A stretch of DNA of 64,000 nucleotides from Myxococcota bacterium (lineage in GTDB: Bacteria; Myxococcota_A; UBA9160; PR03): assembly GCA_041611735.1 (NCBI GenBank), contig JBFIML010000007.1:32001-96000 (forward strand), in the 5' to 3' direction. This document shows positions 46,062 through 55,828 of the stretch, piece by piece (position 1 is the stretch's first letter; each line of letters starts with the position of its first letter). The notes below the pieces were generated by a model. The model was not told the origin of the DNA. It did no database searches and saw only the letters and a program-made list of their open reading frames with translations. A program made the translations under genes and the position numbers.

Positions 46062-48963
46062 TGCGGAGGGGGAGGCGGCGACCGGCGCGCAGCACGACGA
46101 CCTCCACGTCGCGCCCGGCGACGAGCGCCTCGATGGCGTAGGTGTAGTCGTACACGTTCTCCACGCGGCGGCCCGCCAGCTCGACGATCACGTCGCCCGC
46201 CCGCAGCCCCGCCCGGGCTGCGGGGCCGCCCTCCACGACCCCCGAGAGGCGCAGGCCGCCCGCTTCCGCCTCCACGTAGTCCGGGATCGTGCCGAGATAA
46301 GCCCGCAGGCCCGCGCGGCCCCGATCCCCGGGCGGCGGCGCCTTCGCCACGTAGACCGGCGCCTCGGGTCGCGAAGCCACCTCCTGCGCCAGACGCGCCA
46401 CGAGCGTCGCCACCCGGGCCAGCTCCGGGTAGCGGAGCTTCTCGGCGGTGTCCCGGGGCGTGTGGTAGTCCGCATGCGCTCCGGTGAAGGCGCTCAGGAA
46501 CGGGACCCGCTTCAGGTAGAAGGCGGTGGAGTCGGTGGGCAGATACGTCTCGTCCTGGGTGCGGATCGGAAGGCCGACCGGCGCGGCGACGCGCTCCAGA
46601 ACGGCGGGCCAGCGCGGGCTCGACCCGACACCCTGGAGCACCAGCGCCCGCTCCAGGCGTCCCACCATGTCGAGGTTCAGGTAGGCGGCGACGCGGTCCG
46701 AGCCGTCGTCCCCCGGAACCAGATTTCGCACGAAGTGCTCGGCCCCGAGCAGCCCCAGCTCCTCGCCGGACCAGGCCGCGAAGATCACGTCGCGCGCCAG
46801 GACGAGCTCCCCCCGCCCACGCGCCTCGCTCAGCTGGCGCGCGATCTCGAGCAGGGCGGCCACGCCCGACGCGTTGTCGTCGGCGCCGGGATGCACCCGG
46901 CCCCGCTCCTCTTCCCGGGCCATGGAGCTTCCGCCGAGGCCGCGGCCCAGGTGGTCCACGTGGGCGCCGATCACGAGGGCGGGGCGCCCGGAAGCCGGGC
47001 CCTCGGCGGGGAGCCGGGCCAGCACGTTGCGCCCCTGGCGCCGCTCCTGCACCAGGGCGACGCGCGCTGCGAGCGTCGCACCCGGCAGCGGAAAGGCCGG
47101 GAGCGGCTCGCCCCGGTCGAGGGCCTCCTGCAGGCTCGCAAGATCGCGTCCCGTAGCGGCCAGCAGCGCCTCCGCCACCGGATCGGCCACGCTGAGCGCC
47201 GCGATGCCTGCGGTCGCCGCCGATCCGTCGATGCGAAGCGGGACGAGCGGGTCCCGCACCGGAGTCCGCGGCCCGCTCGCTACCAGCAGACCGAGGGCGC
47301 CCCGGTCCCGGGCCAGCGTGGCCTTGTGGCGCAGGCTCGCGAAGCGGCTCCAGTGCTCGCGCACCTCGGGTGCCACGTCCGAGGGCAGCTGGCGCAGGAC
47401 CAGCACCCAGCGGCCCGCCACGTCGAGGTCCCCGTAGGCGTCCAGGGCCTCCACGCCCTCGACCGCAGGCGCCACGATCCCGTAGCCCGCGAAGACGACG
47501 GGAGCCGGCCCGGCCTCCCCGCTGCGCGAGAATCCGAGGGGCCGCCAGTCCGCATCCACGGCGAACGCCCGTGGCGGCGCCCCGGACCGCTCCAGCACGA
47601 GCTCGTTGCCCGGCGCCAGGGAGACCCCCGCCGTGAAGTCGAAGGGCTGCAGCCAGCCGCCCTCCGCGCCCGCCGGCTCGAGCCCGAGAGAGGCGAAGAC
47701 GCCCGCCACGTACGCAGCGGCGCGCCGCTCGCCGTCGGTTCCCGTCTCGCGGCCCGCCATCTCCGGGGCGGTGAGCCGCACCACGTGCGCTCGCAGGGGC
47801 CCGGCCTCGGGCGGGCTCGTCGGGCCCGCCGGCGACGCGGGCGACCGGGCCGCGGGCGCCAGGCCGAGAGCCCGCCGCGCCGCGACCTCGTCCCAGGCGG
47901 CCAGGAAGATCTGGGACGAGGCGTCCCCACTGCGCTGACTGGTCCAGGCAAGCTGCCTGCCGTCCGGCGCGAAGGCCGGAAGCCCGTCGAAGCGATCCTG
48001 GAAGGTGACCCGCACGGGCTCTGAAATTCCAGCGGCATCCACCAGATAGAGCTCGAAGTTCGCGTGACCCAGCAGGTTCGTGGCGAAGACCACGTAGTCG
48101 CCGGAGGGGTGGAAGAACGGCGCCCAGGAGAGCGCCCCGAGGCGAGTGAGCGGCCGCTCCGGACCGCCGTCCACGTCCCGGACCCAGATCTCCGCCCGGG
48201 TCCCGTCCGGGCTGAAGCGGCGCCATACGATGCGTCGCCCGTCGGCGCTCCAGAAGGGGCCCCCGTCGTAGCCGGGCGCGTGGGTCAGCCGTCGCACGAC
48301 ACCGTCCGCCTCGCGCACGTAGAGCTCCATGGCGACGGAGGGATCCGCTTCGAACCGCTCCGCCTCCTCCGGCGCGAGCGAGCCCCCAAAGGCGTGGCGA
48401 TTGGAGGCGAAGACGATGCGGCGGCCGTCCGGTGACCAGGCCGCCTCGGCGTCGTAGCCGGGTGCCCGGGTGAGGCGACGCAGCGCCCCGCTGGCGAGGT
48501 CCCGCTCCCAGAGCTCGAACTCCGGATCGAAGTCCCAGGCATAGCGGCGGCCGGTTCCCGCAGCGCGCTCCGCGAGCTCCGCTTCCTGCTTGGCGGGCGC
48601 CTGGGGGTCGTGGTGCGTGGAGGCGAAGAGCACCCGACTGCCGTCCGGATGGATCCAGCCGCAGGTGGTCTTGCCAACCCCGGGCGAGACGCGCTCCAGC
48701 GCACCGGTCGCCAGGTCCATCAGATAGATCTGATAGAAGGGGTTGCCCGGCTCGCGCTCGCTCTGGAAGACGAGCCGGTGCCCGCTGGCGTCGAAGTAGC
48801 CTTCCCCGGAGCGGCGGCCGGCGAAGGTGAGCTGCCGCACCCCCTGCAGCAGGGGCTCCGGGTCGGCCGCGGGTCCCGGGGCTCCGCCGTGCCCCGCACA
48901 GGCGGCCGCCGCGGCCAGAGCCAGGCCGGCTCCCACCCGACGAAGCGTGCCCGGCATCCCCAT
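46039..48963 (-). CDS. Exported M28 peptidase with TolB-like beta-propeller, PA and PDZ domains
   Basis: Signal/lipobox (AAAAC), GYDAEAAWSPDG and YDGGPFWS repeats, VFAGYGI (PA), GAHVDHLG, GADDNASG, SGEE, NLDMVG, DYHTP, LGTIPDY..GLRAGDVI (PDZ). Confidence 0.9.
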   Translation of the reverse strand: MGMPGTLRRVGAGLALAAAAACAGHGGAPGPAADPEPLLQGVRQLTFAGRRSGEGYFDASGHRLVFQSEREPGNPFYQIYLMDLATGALERVSPGVGKTTCGWIHPDGSRVLFASTHHDPQAPAKQEAELAERAAGTGRRYAWDFDPEFELWERDLASGALRRLTRAPGYDAEAAWSPDGRRIVFASNRHAFGGSLAPEEAERFEADPSVAMELYVREADGVVRRLTHAPGYDGGPFWSADGRRIVWRRFSPDGTRAEIWVRDVDGGPERPLTRLGALSWAPFFHPSGDYVVFATNLLGHANFELYLVDAAGISEPVRVTFQDRFDGLPAFAPDGRQLAWTSQRSGDASSQIFLAAWDEVAARRALGLAPAARSPASPAGPTSPPEAGPLRAHVVRLTAPEMAGRETGTDGERRAAAYVAGVFASLGLEPAGAEGGWLQPFDFTAGVSLAPGNELVLERSGAPPRAFAVDADWRPLGFSRSGEAGPAPVVFAGYGIVAPAVEGVEALDAYGDLDVAGRWVLVLRQLPSDVAPEVREHWSRFASLRHKATLARDRGALGLLVASGPRTPVRDPLVPLRIDGSAATAGIAALSVADPVAEALLAATGRDLASLQEALDRGEPLPAFPLPGATLAARVALVQERRQGRNVLARLPAEGPASGRPALVIGAHVDHLGRGLGGSSMAREEERGRVHPGADDNASGVAALLEIARQLSEARGRGELVLARDVIFAAWSGEELGLLGAEHFVRNLVPGDDGSDRVAAYLNLDMVGRLERALVLQGVGSSPRWPAVLERVAAPVGLPIRTQDETYLPTDSTAFYLKRVPFLSAFTGAHADYHTPRDTAEKLRYPELARVATLVARLAQEVASRPEAPVYVAKAPPPGDRGRAGLRAYLGTIPDYVEAEAGGLRLSGVVEGGPAARAGLRAGDVIVELAGRRVENVYDYTYAIEALVAGRDVEVVVLRAGRRLPLRITPEPRE

Positions 48964-48999
48964 CGCCGCGGATCCTAGCAGGCGCTCTTCCCATCTATT

Positions 49000-49054
49000 A
49001 TATAGATGCTGATCGATATATATTCGCTGAACATATAGACATGGGTCGATATGT
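49000..49054. promoter_or_regulatory. Two tandem ArsR/SmtB-type operator palindromes
   Basis: ATATAGATGCTGATCGATATAT (49000-49021) and ACATATAGACATGGGTCGATATGT (49031-49054). The second overlaps TAGACA-17-TAGGCT. Confidence 0.7.
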
Positions 49055-49071
49055 TGCCTAGGCTGCTGCGC

Positions 49072-49431
49072 ATGCCGCGGCAGAAGCCGGAGGCCGCCGC
49101 CAGCGCCCTGCTCCCGGTGGAGGCCTGGCGCGCCCGGGAGCGCGAACGGCTGCTGGCGGCCTTCCAGGCCCTGGCGGATCCGACCCGGCTCGAGATCCTG
49201 CGCCTGCTGGCGGGGCAGCGGACGGCGGTGTGCGCCGGCGACCTGGTGGAGCGGATCGGCTCCAGCCAGCCCACCGTCTCCCACCACCTCCGCATCCTGC
49301 GCGAGGCCGGGCTCGTGACGGTGTCGAGAGCCGGGATCTGGCGGCTCTACGAGGCGCGTCCCGACGCCGCGGTGCTGCTGGCCGCGGCCCGGACCGCTAC
49401 CGCCCGGCCTCCCGGAAGTCGGCGGGGCTAG
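49072..49431 (+). CDS. ArsR/SmtB family transcriptional repressor
   Basis: FQALADPTRLEIL, VCAGDL, SQPTVSHHLRILREAGLV. Confidence 0.92.
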   Translation: MPRQKPEAAASALLPVEAWRARERERLLAAFQALADPTRLEILRLLAGQRTAVCAGDLVERIGSSQPTVSHHLRILREAGLVTVSRAGIWRLYEARPDAAVLLAAARTATARPPGSRRG

Positions 49432-50678
49432 CCGCCCTGCCCTGGGCGGGGCGGAGCGGGAGGTGGCAGCAGCCAGGGCAGCAGCGCGGTCAGCAGGAGC
49501 GCCAGGGCTCCTCCCGCCAGGTAGGGAGCGCTCGACCCGAGGCGCTCCAGCAACACGCCGGCCAGCAGGTTCGAGGCGATGCCTCCGATCCCGATGCCGA
49601 GCATGCCCAGCAATCCCTGGGCGGTGGCTCGCAGCTGGGGCGGCACCACCCGCTCCACGTAGAGCGGCAGGCCGAGCACCAGGGCGGCCACGGTGACGGC
49701 GTGCAGGGCCTGGGCGGCATAGAAGACCGGCATGGCGTCCACCAGACTGCACAGCGTCCAGCGCAGCCCGCCGGCCCCGAGCCCCACCGCCAGGAGCCGG
49801 CGGGGACCCAGGCGTGCGAGCCCCTGGCCGAGGAAGGCCACCAGCAGGATCTCTGGCAGGAGCATGACGACCCACAGGTCGCGCACGGTCTCCAGATCGC
49901 CACCTCGGGAGCGGACGAGGATCGGGAAGAGCTCGATGGGCGCCTGTAGCGCCAGATAGCTGGCGAAGCCGAGCAGGACGGCGCGCCGGAAGGGCCGGTG
50001 GTCCAAAAGCTGCCTCCATTCCCCGGGCGCGGCCCGCAAGGCCACGGCACCCCGGTTCGGCACCCAGAGGGCAGCGACGGCCGCTGCGGCGAGCAACCAC
50101 GCGGCGACCGGGAAGATCAGTCCGAGCCCTGGCTCCTGGGCGGTCACCGCCGCCGGTGCCCGCCCAGGGGCCGCCGGGTGCCGGTCCAGGAGCCAGGGAA
50201 AAGCGAGCATGGCGGCCAGGAACCCGACCGTTCCCCAGACGCGCACCCAGCCAAAAGCGTGCCGGTGTCCGGGAAAGGCGGCGAGGCTCGTCGCGACGGT
50301 CATGGGAATGATCGAGCGGCGGAACACGTCGAGCAGGACGGCGGCGCCCATCAGCGCCAGGAAGCCCGTGGCTCGCGCCAGGATCAGGTGCCCGAGCGCC
50401 GCCCCCACCGCCAGCACCACCAGGATGCGGGCACGCAGCCCGGCGCGGTCTGCCACGACGCCCCACAGCGGCTGCGCCAGGAGCCCGGCCGCCTGCATGG
50501 CGGCCAGCAGCACACCCACCTGGATGCCGGAGAGGCCCGCGTTCTCGCGCAGGTAGAGCGTGTAGTAGGGCAGGAAGACACCGAGAGCGCCGAGCGCCAG
50601 GAACCAGAATGCAGCAAGGGGAACCCCTCGCCGCGCCCAGGAGTCCCCCCCCGGTGCGGCGGCTTCGTTGGGCTGCAT
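49428..50678 (-). CDS. MFS transporter
   Basis: About 12 TMs, QPLWGVVADR, FGWVRVWGTVGF, LRATAQGL. Confidence 0.88.
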   Translation of the reverse strand: MQPNEAAAPGGDSWARRGVPLAAFWFLALGALGVFLPYYTLYLRENAGLSGIQVGVLLAAMQAAGLLAQPLWGVVADRAGLRARILVVLAVGAALGHLILARATGFLALMGAAVLLDVFRRSIIPMTVATSLAAFPGHRHAFGWVRVWGTVGFLAAMLAFPWLLDRHPAAPGRAPAAVTAQEPGLGLIFPVAAWLLAAAAVAALWVPNRGAVALRAAPGEWRQLLDHRPFRRAVLLGFASYLALQAPIELFPILVRSRGGDLETVRDLWVVMLLPEILLVAFLGQGLARLGPRRLLAVGLGAGGLRWTLCSLVDAMPVFYAAQALHAVTVAALVLGLPLYVERVVPPQLRATAQGLLGMLGIGIGGIASNLLAGVLLERLGSSAPYLAGGALALLLTALLPWLLPPPAPPRPGQGG

Positions 50679-50746
50679 CTGGCTGGATATACTCGCTGGC
50701 CGCTTCGGGGGCACGGGCACCCCGAGCGAACCGGAGACCCGCAGGC

Positions 50747-51634
50747 ATGTGGCCGCGTCGCAGCCGTTCCCGGGAGCTCGAGGACGTGAGAAGGCGCTTC
50801 GCCGAGGAGTTGCGCAAGCACCACGATCTGCGCTCCGAAGCCCTGGTGCGGGCCTTCGCGGCGGTGCCGCGCGAGCGCTTCCTCGGGCGCGGTCCCTGGC
50901 TGCTGCTGGCCGGCGCCGAGGGCTATACCTCGTCCACCGACGCGGACCCCGCCCACCTGTACCAGGACTGCGCGGTCGCCATCGATGCGCCCCGCGTACT
51001 CAACAACGGCCAGCCGGGTCTCCTCGCCATGGTGATGGATGCCCTGGAGCTGACTCCCGGAACCCGGGTGGTGCACGTGGGCTGTGGCACCGGCTACTAC
51101 ACCGCGATCCTTGCCGAACTGGTGGGCCGGCGCGGCCGCGTGGTCGCCCTCGAGCTCGATCCCGAGATCGCCGTCCGCGCCCGGCGCAACCTGCGGGGCC
51201 TGCCCCAGGTGGAAGTGGTCGCGGCGGACGCGCTGGAACACGACCCGGGCCCCACCGACGCCATCCTGGTGAATGCCGGCATGACCCACCCCCATCCGCT
51301 CTGGCTCGACCGGCTGCGCCCGAATGGCCGGCTCGCCCTGCCGCTCACGGCCGTGCGCCCGCCGGCGCCCGCGGTCCGCTTCGTGCGCAACCACGCCGGC
51401 CAGGTCCTGCTGGTGACGCGGCGGACCGCCGGCTTCGAGGCCCGCTTCGTGACCCGGGTCGGCATCCCGGCCCTGTTCGGCGGACGCGACCCGGAGAACC
51501 AGCGTCGCCTGGCGCAGGCCTACGCGCGGGGGGGCGGGCAGGAGGTGCGTTCCCTGCGTCGCGGCGAGCATGGTCCGGAGCCGAGCTGCTGGTGCCATGC
51601 CCGGGGCTTCTGCCTCTCGCTCCGAAACGTTTGA
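50747..51634 (+). CDS. Protein-L-isoaspartate O-methyltransferase family
   Basis: AFAAVPRERFL, LNNGQP, HVGCGTGYYTAILAELVG, GRLALPL. Confidence 0.85.
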   Translation: MWPRRSRSRELEDVRRRFAEELRKHHDLRSEALVRAFAAVPRERFLGRGPWLLLAGAEGYTSSTDADPAHLYQDCAVAIDAPRVLNNGQPGLLAMVMDALELTPGTRVVHVGCGTGYYTAILAELVGRRGRVVALELDPEIAVRARRNLRGLPQVEVVAADALEHDPGPTDAILVNAGMTHPHPLWLDRLRPNGRLALPLTAVRPPAPAVRFVRNHAGQVLLVTRRTAGFEARFVTRVGIPALFGGRDPENQRRLAQAYARGGGQEVRSLRRGEHGPEPSCWCHARGFCLSLRNV

Positions 51635-51660
51635 CGGTCGGCGCGGAGCGCGCCTACCCT
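51631..51660 (+). promoter_or_regulatory. Putative sigma70 promoter TTGACG-18-TACCCT for the histidine kinase
   Basis: Read directly upstream of ATG 51683. Confidence 0.45.
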
Positions 51661-51682
51661 CCCCCACGGGATCCGACACCGC

Positions 51683-54241
51683 ATGAATCCCTCGGCGACC
51701 CTCCGTCTGCGCCAGGGAACGGCCGCTCTCGCGGTCGCCTGGGCGGGGGCGGCCCTGGCGCTCTCCCTCTCCGCCCAAGTGCTGAGCTCGCCCGCCTTGC
51801 ACGAGCCGCTGCGCACCACCGTCCTGGCCGGCGACGTGAACGTCTACCGGGCGTCCCCGCAAGCGGCCGCCGCCGGGGTGGAGCGGGGCGATCGCCTGCT
51901 GGCGGTGGACGGCGTGCCGGTGCTGCGCTGGCTGCGCACGGCCGAGTCCGAGCGGCTGCGGCCTGGAATCCCGAACACCTACCGCATCGAGAAACGGGAT
52001 GGGCCGGTGCTCGAGCTGGCATTGCGGCCCGAGCCGGCGCCGACCGTTCCGACCCTGGCCCTGCCCCTCTACCTGGCCCTGCTCGCCGTCGGACTCGCGT
52101 ACCTGCTGGTGGGGATCGTCGTGTGGCGCCTGCGTCCCGCCCGCGCCGACTCCCACGCCCTGCTGCTCTTCTGCGCGGCCATGGCAGCCCAGCTCTTCTC
52201 GAGCGTGGAGAGCTACCGGGCCTGGTACGGGCCCGAGCGGCTGCTGGTGAACCTGCCCTTCCTCGGCGCCACCATCTTCCATCTGTTCACGATCCACCCC
52301 TTCGAGCCACCGTGGGTGGTGCGGCATCCTCGCGTACGTTGGTTGCCCTACGCCGGCGCGGCGCTGCTCGGGCTCGGAGTCCTGTCGGCGAACCGGGCCG
52401 GCCTTTCCATGGCCTTCACCTCCCAGGTCAACTTCCACTACGCCATGACGCTGGCCGTCGGCAGCTTCGCCGTGCTGCTGCGCGAGAGGCATCGCCATCG
52501 GGAGGGGGAGCTGGCGGCGCGGGCCGACGTGGTGGTGCTCGGAGCCTGCCTGAGCTTCCTGCCCGTGATCGTGCTTTTGCTGCTCCAGATCTTCGCTCGG
52601 GTCGCCTTTCCCATCGAGCTCGCCCTGATCTGGTGCGCCCTCTTCCCCGTGGCCATGGCCTGGGGAATCGTGCGCCGCCAGCTGTTCGACATCCGCATGG
52701 TGGCACGCTCGTCGGTGGCATACGGCGCGGCGACGCTCTTCATCACGGGCCTGTTCGCCCTGCTGATCACCTTCGCCGAAGCCGCTTTCGTGCGCTTCAA
52801 CGTGAACGCCCGCTCACCCTGGTTCTCGGTGGTCTTCCTGTTCCTGGCGATCCTGGCCTTCAATCCGCTGCGGGTCTGGCTCCAGGGCTTCGTGGACCGC
52901 GTCTTCGACCGCGACCGGCTCGCCTACCGCCAGGCCGTACGCGAGATCTCCGAAGCCATGGTCTCGATGCTCTCGATCCGCGAGATCGTGGACCGGATCC
53001 TGACCGCTCTCACGGACACCATGGGGGTCGAGCGCGCCATGGTGATGCTGCTCCACGAGACCGACGCGACGCTCCGGCCGGAGTCCTGGCGCGGCACCTG
53101 GGACCCCGACGCCCTGGCCCTCGAGCTCCCGGCCCACCACCCCGTGGCCAAACGTCTCTGGATGCGGCGCGAGGAGCTGTCCCGGACCGACTTCGACGAG
53201 GAGACGGACCCGGAGGTACGCGAGGTCTGCCGCGAGGTATTCGACCGCCTGGAGGTGGAGCTGCTCGTCCCGATCCTGTTCGGTGTGGACGTGCTCGGCG
53301 TGATCGCGGTCGGCCGCAAGCTAGCCGGCGAGCGGCTCGGCGCCGACGACCGCCAGCTCCTGCGCACCCTCGCCAACCAGAGCGCCATCGCGATCGAGAA
53401 CGCCCGGGCCTTCGACGAGATCGCTCAGCTCAACGAGACCCTGGAGGCCCGCGTGGAGGAGCGGACTCGCGAGCTGCGCGAGACCCAGGACCAGCTCGTC
53501 CACAGCGAGAAGATCAAGTCCCTGGGCCAGCTCGTGGCGGGGATCGCCCACGAACTGAACAACCCGATCGGGTTCGTGCACGCCAACCTGAAGCTGCTCG
53601 ACGAGTACGTGCAGCGCCTGCTGGACGAGCGCGCGCGCGGTGCGGACACCACCCGCACCCGCCGCGCGATCGAGCGGCTGCTCTCCCGCAGCCGCGAGGG
53701 GACGGAGCGGGTCAAGAAGATCGTGGAAGACCTGCGGGTCTTCTCCCGCGCCGACCACGCGGAGCTCCAGGAGGCGAACCTCAATCGCGAGATCGACCGG
53801 ACGCTCACGCTGATGGAGCCACGCCTGAAGGACGGGATCCGGGTGGTCCGCGACTACAGCCCGCTGCCGACCGTGCGCTGCCACCCGGGCCAGCTCGCTC
53901 AGGTGTTCATGAACCTGGTCATGAACGCCTGCGACGCCATGGGACGTCAGGGCGAGATCCGCGTGCGCACCGGCAAGACCGCCTGGGGGGTGCGGCTCGA
54001 GTTCGAAGACGACGGGCCCGGCATCCCGCCGGAGGCGCGAAGCCGGATCTTCGACCCCTTCTTCACCACCAAGCCGGTGGGCCAGGGGACGGGCCTCGGC
54101 CTCTCCCTCTCCCACGGCATCGTGGAGCGGCATGGGGGCCGCATCCGGGTGGAGGACGCAGCGTCCGGGGGAGCGCGCTTCGTGGTGGAGCTGCCGCTCG
54201 AAGCGCCCGAGGAGGAGGCGCCGCCCGCAGCCGCGGGCTAG
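51683..54241 (+). CDS. Sensor histidine kinase (PDZ, multi-TM, GAF, HisKA, HATPase)
   Basis: GVERGDRLLAVDG (PDZ), LANQSAIAIENAR (GAF), AGIAHELNNP, NLVMNACDA, DPFFTTKPVGQGTGLGL. Confidence 0.92.
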   Translation: MNPSATLRLRQGTAALAVAWAGAALALSLSAQVLSSPALHEPLRTTVLAGDVNVYRASPQAAAAGVERGDRLLAVDGVPVLRWLRTAESERLRPGIPNTYRIEKRDGPVLELALRPEPAPTVPTLALPLYLALLAVGLAYLLVGIVVWRLRPARADSHALLLFCAAMAAQLFSSVESYRAWYGPERLLVNLPFLGATIFHLFTIHPFEPPWVVRHPRVRWLPYAGAALLGLGVLSANRAGLSMAFTSQVNFHYAMTLAVGSFAVLLRERHRHREGELAARADVVVLGACLSFLPVIVLLLLQIFARVAFPIELALIWCALFPVAMAWGIVRRQLFDIRMVARSSVAYGAATLFITGLFALLITFAEAAFVRFNVNARSPWFSVVFLFLAILAFNPLRVWLQGFVDRVFDRDRLAYRQAVREISEAMVSMLSIREIVDRILTALTDTMGVERAMVMLLHETDATLRPESWRGTWDPDALALELPAHHPVAKRLWMRREELSRTDFDEETDPEVREVCREVFDRLEVELLVPILFGVDVLGVIAVGRKLAGERLGADDRQLLRTLANQSAIAIENARAFDEIAQLNETLEARVEERTRELRETQDQLVHSEKIKSLGQLVAGIAHELNNPIGFVHANLKLLDEYVQRLLDERARGADTTRTRRAIERLLSRSREGTERVKKIVEDLRVFSRADHAELQEANLNREIDRTLTLMEPRLKDGIRVVRDYSPLPTVRCHPGQLAQVFMNLVMNACDAMGRQGEIRVRTGKTAWGVRLEFEDDGPGIPPEARSRIFDPFFTTKPVGQGTGLGLSLSHGIVERHGGRIRVEDAASGGARFVVELPLEAPEEEAPPAAAG

Positions 54242-54251
54242 TCGCTCGGAC

Positions 54252-54695
54252 CTAGCCCCGCGGGCCGGGGACCGGCTCGCTGCGCACCTGGATCGCGCGC
54301 AAGAAGTCGACCAGGAGCTGGATCTCCGCGGCCACGGCGATCTCGCGCTGGCCGCGCGCGCCGATCTTCTCGGCCAGCACGCGGCCCCAGACCGGCATGT
54401 CGCGCGGGCCGTGGGCCGCCACGTCCCGGCGCCCGTCGATGTACTCGGCGATCTCCCCGGCCGGGAAGATGCCGCTCCGCCGCGCGGCGATGCGGGTCAG
54501 GTCCGCGGGCCGCGTATTGAGGGCCGACGCCACGGGCCCGTTGCCGGTTCCGTCCCCGCCGTGACACGAGGCGCAGTAGAAGCCGAAGAGCTCCCGGCCC
54601 GGCGTTGCGCCGGCGCCCTCGCCATGGGAGTCCGCGGCGGCGGCCCCGCCCGCGAGCGCCGCAGCCACCGCCAGCCCGATCCATCGACTCGGCAT
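54252..54695 (-). CDS. Monoheme c-type cytochrome
   Basis: Signal peptide, CASCH, PADLT, HGPRDMPVWG. Confidence 0.9.
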   Translation of the reverse strand: MPSRWIGLAVAAALAGGAAAADSHGEGAGATPGRELFGFYCASCHGGDGTGNGPVASALNTRPADLTRIAARRSGIFPAGEIAEYIDGRRDVAAHGPRDMPVWGRVLAEKIGARGQREIAVAAEIQLLVDFLRAIQVRSEPVPGPRG

Positions 54696-54948
54696 CGGCG
54701 TCCCCCCTTCCGCCTCCGAAGGCGCCCAAGCTAGCGAACGCCGCGGCGGTGGGGCCCGTCCCCCGGGGCAGAGCCGGCCGGCCCGAAGATTCCCTGCTTG
54801 CGCCGACCCGCCGGGTTGTACAATCCGGGCGCGCTCCCGGTCGGACGTCGAGCCGTTGCGGCGAGGGCGTCCCCTTCGGTCTAGACCTGGGCCGTACGAG
54901 GGTCCACACATTCCGATCGCTTCGGCCTGTTTGCGAGGGTCGCGGGCG

Positions 54949-55794
54949 GTGCGCGTGAAGGCGCAGGGCGGCGCTTTGCCGCGGCGGCGGCCCCTGCGCC
55001 GCGCTGCCGCGGCCTTCGGGATCCTCGTCTGCTGCACCCAGTCCAACTTCGGCAACCCCAACTACGTGCCCAACGTTCCGGACCCGCCGTATGCGCCGGG
55101 CGCCGGGCCCGTGGTCTGGTTCGACGCCTGGCACGACAACGCCCATCGTCTGGACGCGACCTACCGGCCCTTCGCCCGCCTGCTGGAGGCCGCCGGCTAC
55201 CGCCCCCAGATCTTGCGCGCTCCTCTGGACGCCGCTCAGCTCCAGGGTGGCCTCCTGGTGCTGGTCCTGCCCCGCACACCGCTCTCCACCGCGGAGATCG
55301 CCGAGGCGGAGAGCTACGTGGCAGCGGGAGGCGGGTTGATGCTGGTGACCGATCACCCGAATTTCCCGGTGCAGGTGCAGCCCCTGGGGTTCGTGCTGGG
55401 CATCGACTTCGTGAACGTGGGCGTCGCAAACGCCCTGTCTCCGTACCGGCGCTTCCTGATCACGCCGGCGGCGCACTTCACGAGCTCCGGGATCCCCTTG
55501 GTGAAGACCTACGACGGCTCGGCGGTGACCTCCTTTCCCGGCGCCGCCGCGACCACCGTCCTGCCCTTCGGTGTCGAAGCCGTGGACGACGCCGGCCAGA
55601 GCCTGGCCGGTCTCGGCCGCAGCGTGGCCGTGCAGCACGGCCTGGGGCGCGTCTACGCCGCGGCCGATGCCCAGATGTTCAGCTCCATCTGCTTCCTGAG
55701 CTGCAACAACGTGAGCGGGTTCGGTGACGAAGGTGCGGAGCACAACGAGGCCCACCTGCTCCGCGTCATGCGCTGGCTGGAGGGCGAGGGGTAG
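54949..55794 (+). CDS. Hypothetical exported protein (DUF4350/class-I GATase-like fold)
   Basis: VWFDAWHDN, FARLLEAAGY, GGGLMLVTDH, GLGRV. Start uncertain. Confidence 0.65.
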   Translation: MRVKAQGGALPRRRPLRRAAAAFGILVCCTQSNFGNPNYVPNVPDPPYAPGAGPVVWFDAWHDNAHRLDATYRPFARLLEAAGYRPQILRAPLDAAQLQGGLLVLVLPRTPLSTAEIAEAESYVAAGGGLMLVTDHPNFPVQVQPLGFVLGIDFVNVGVANALSPYRRFLITPAAHFTSSGIPLVKTYDGSAVTSFPGAAATTVLPFGVEAVDDAGQSLAGLGRSVAVQHGLGRVYAAADAQMFSSICFLSCNNVSGFGDEGAEHNEAHLLRVMRWLEGEG

Positions 55795-55828
55795 CGGCTG
55801 CGCTAGCCTCCCCGGTGGAGCCCGGGAA

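Noticed and set aside
46039-50817. 1592-aa giant ORF in the track
   Set aside because: The N-terminal ~600 aa is off-frame read-through across the MFS and arsR genes; the real peptidase starts near 48963.
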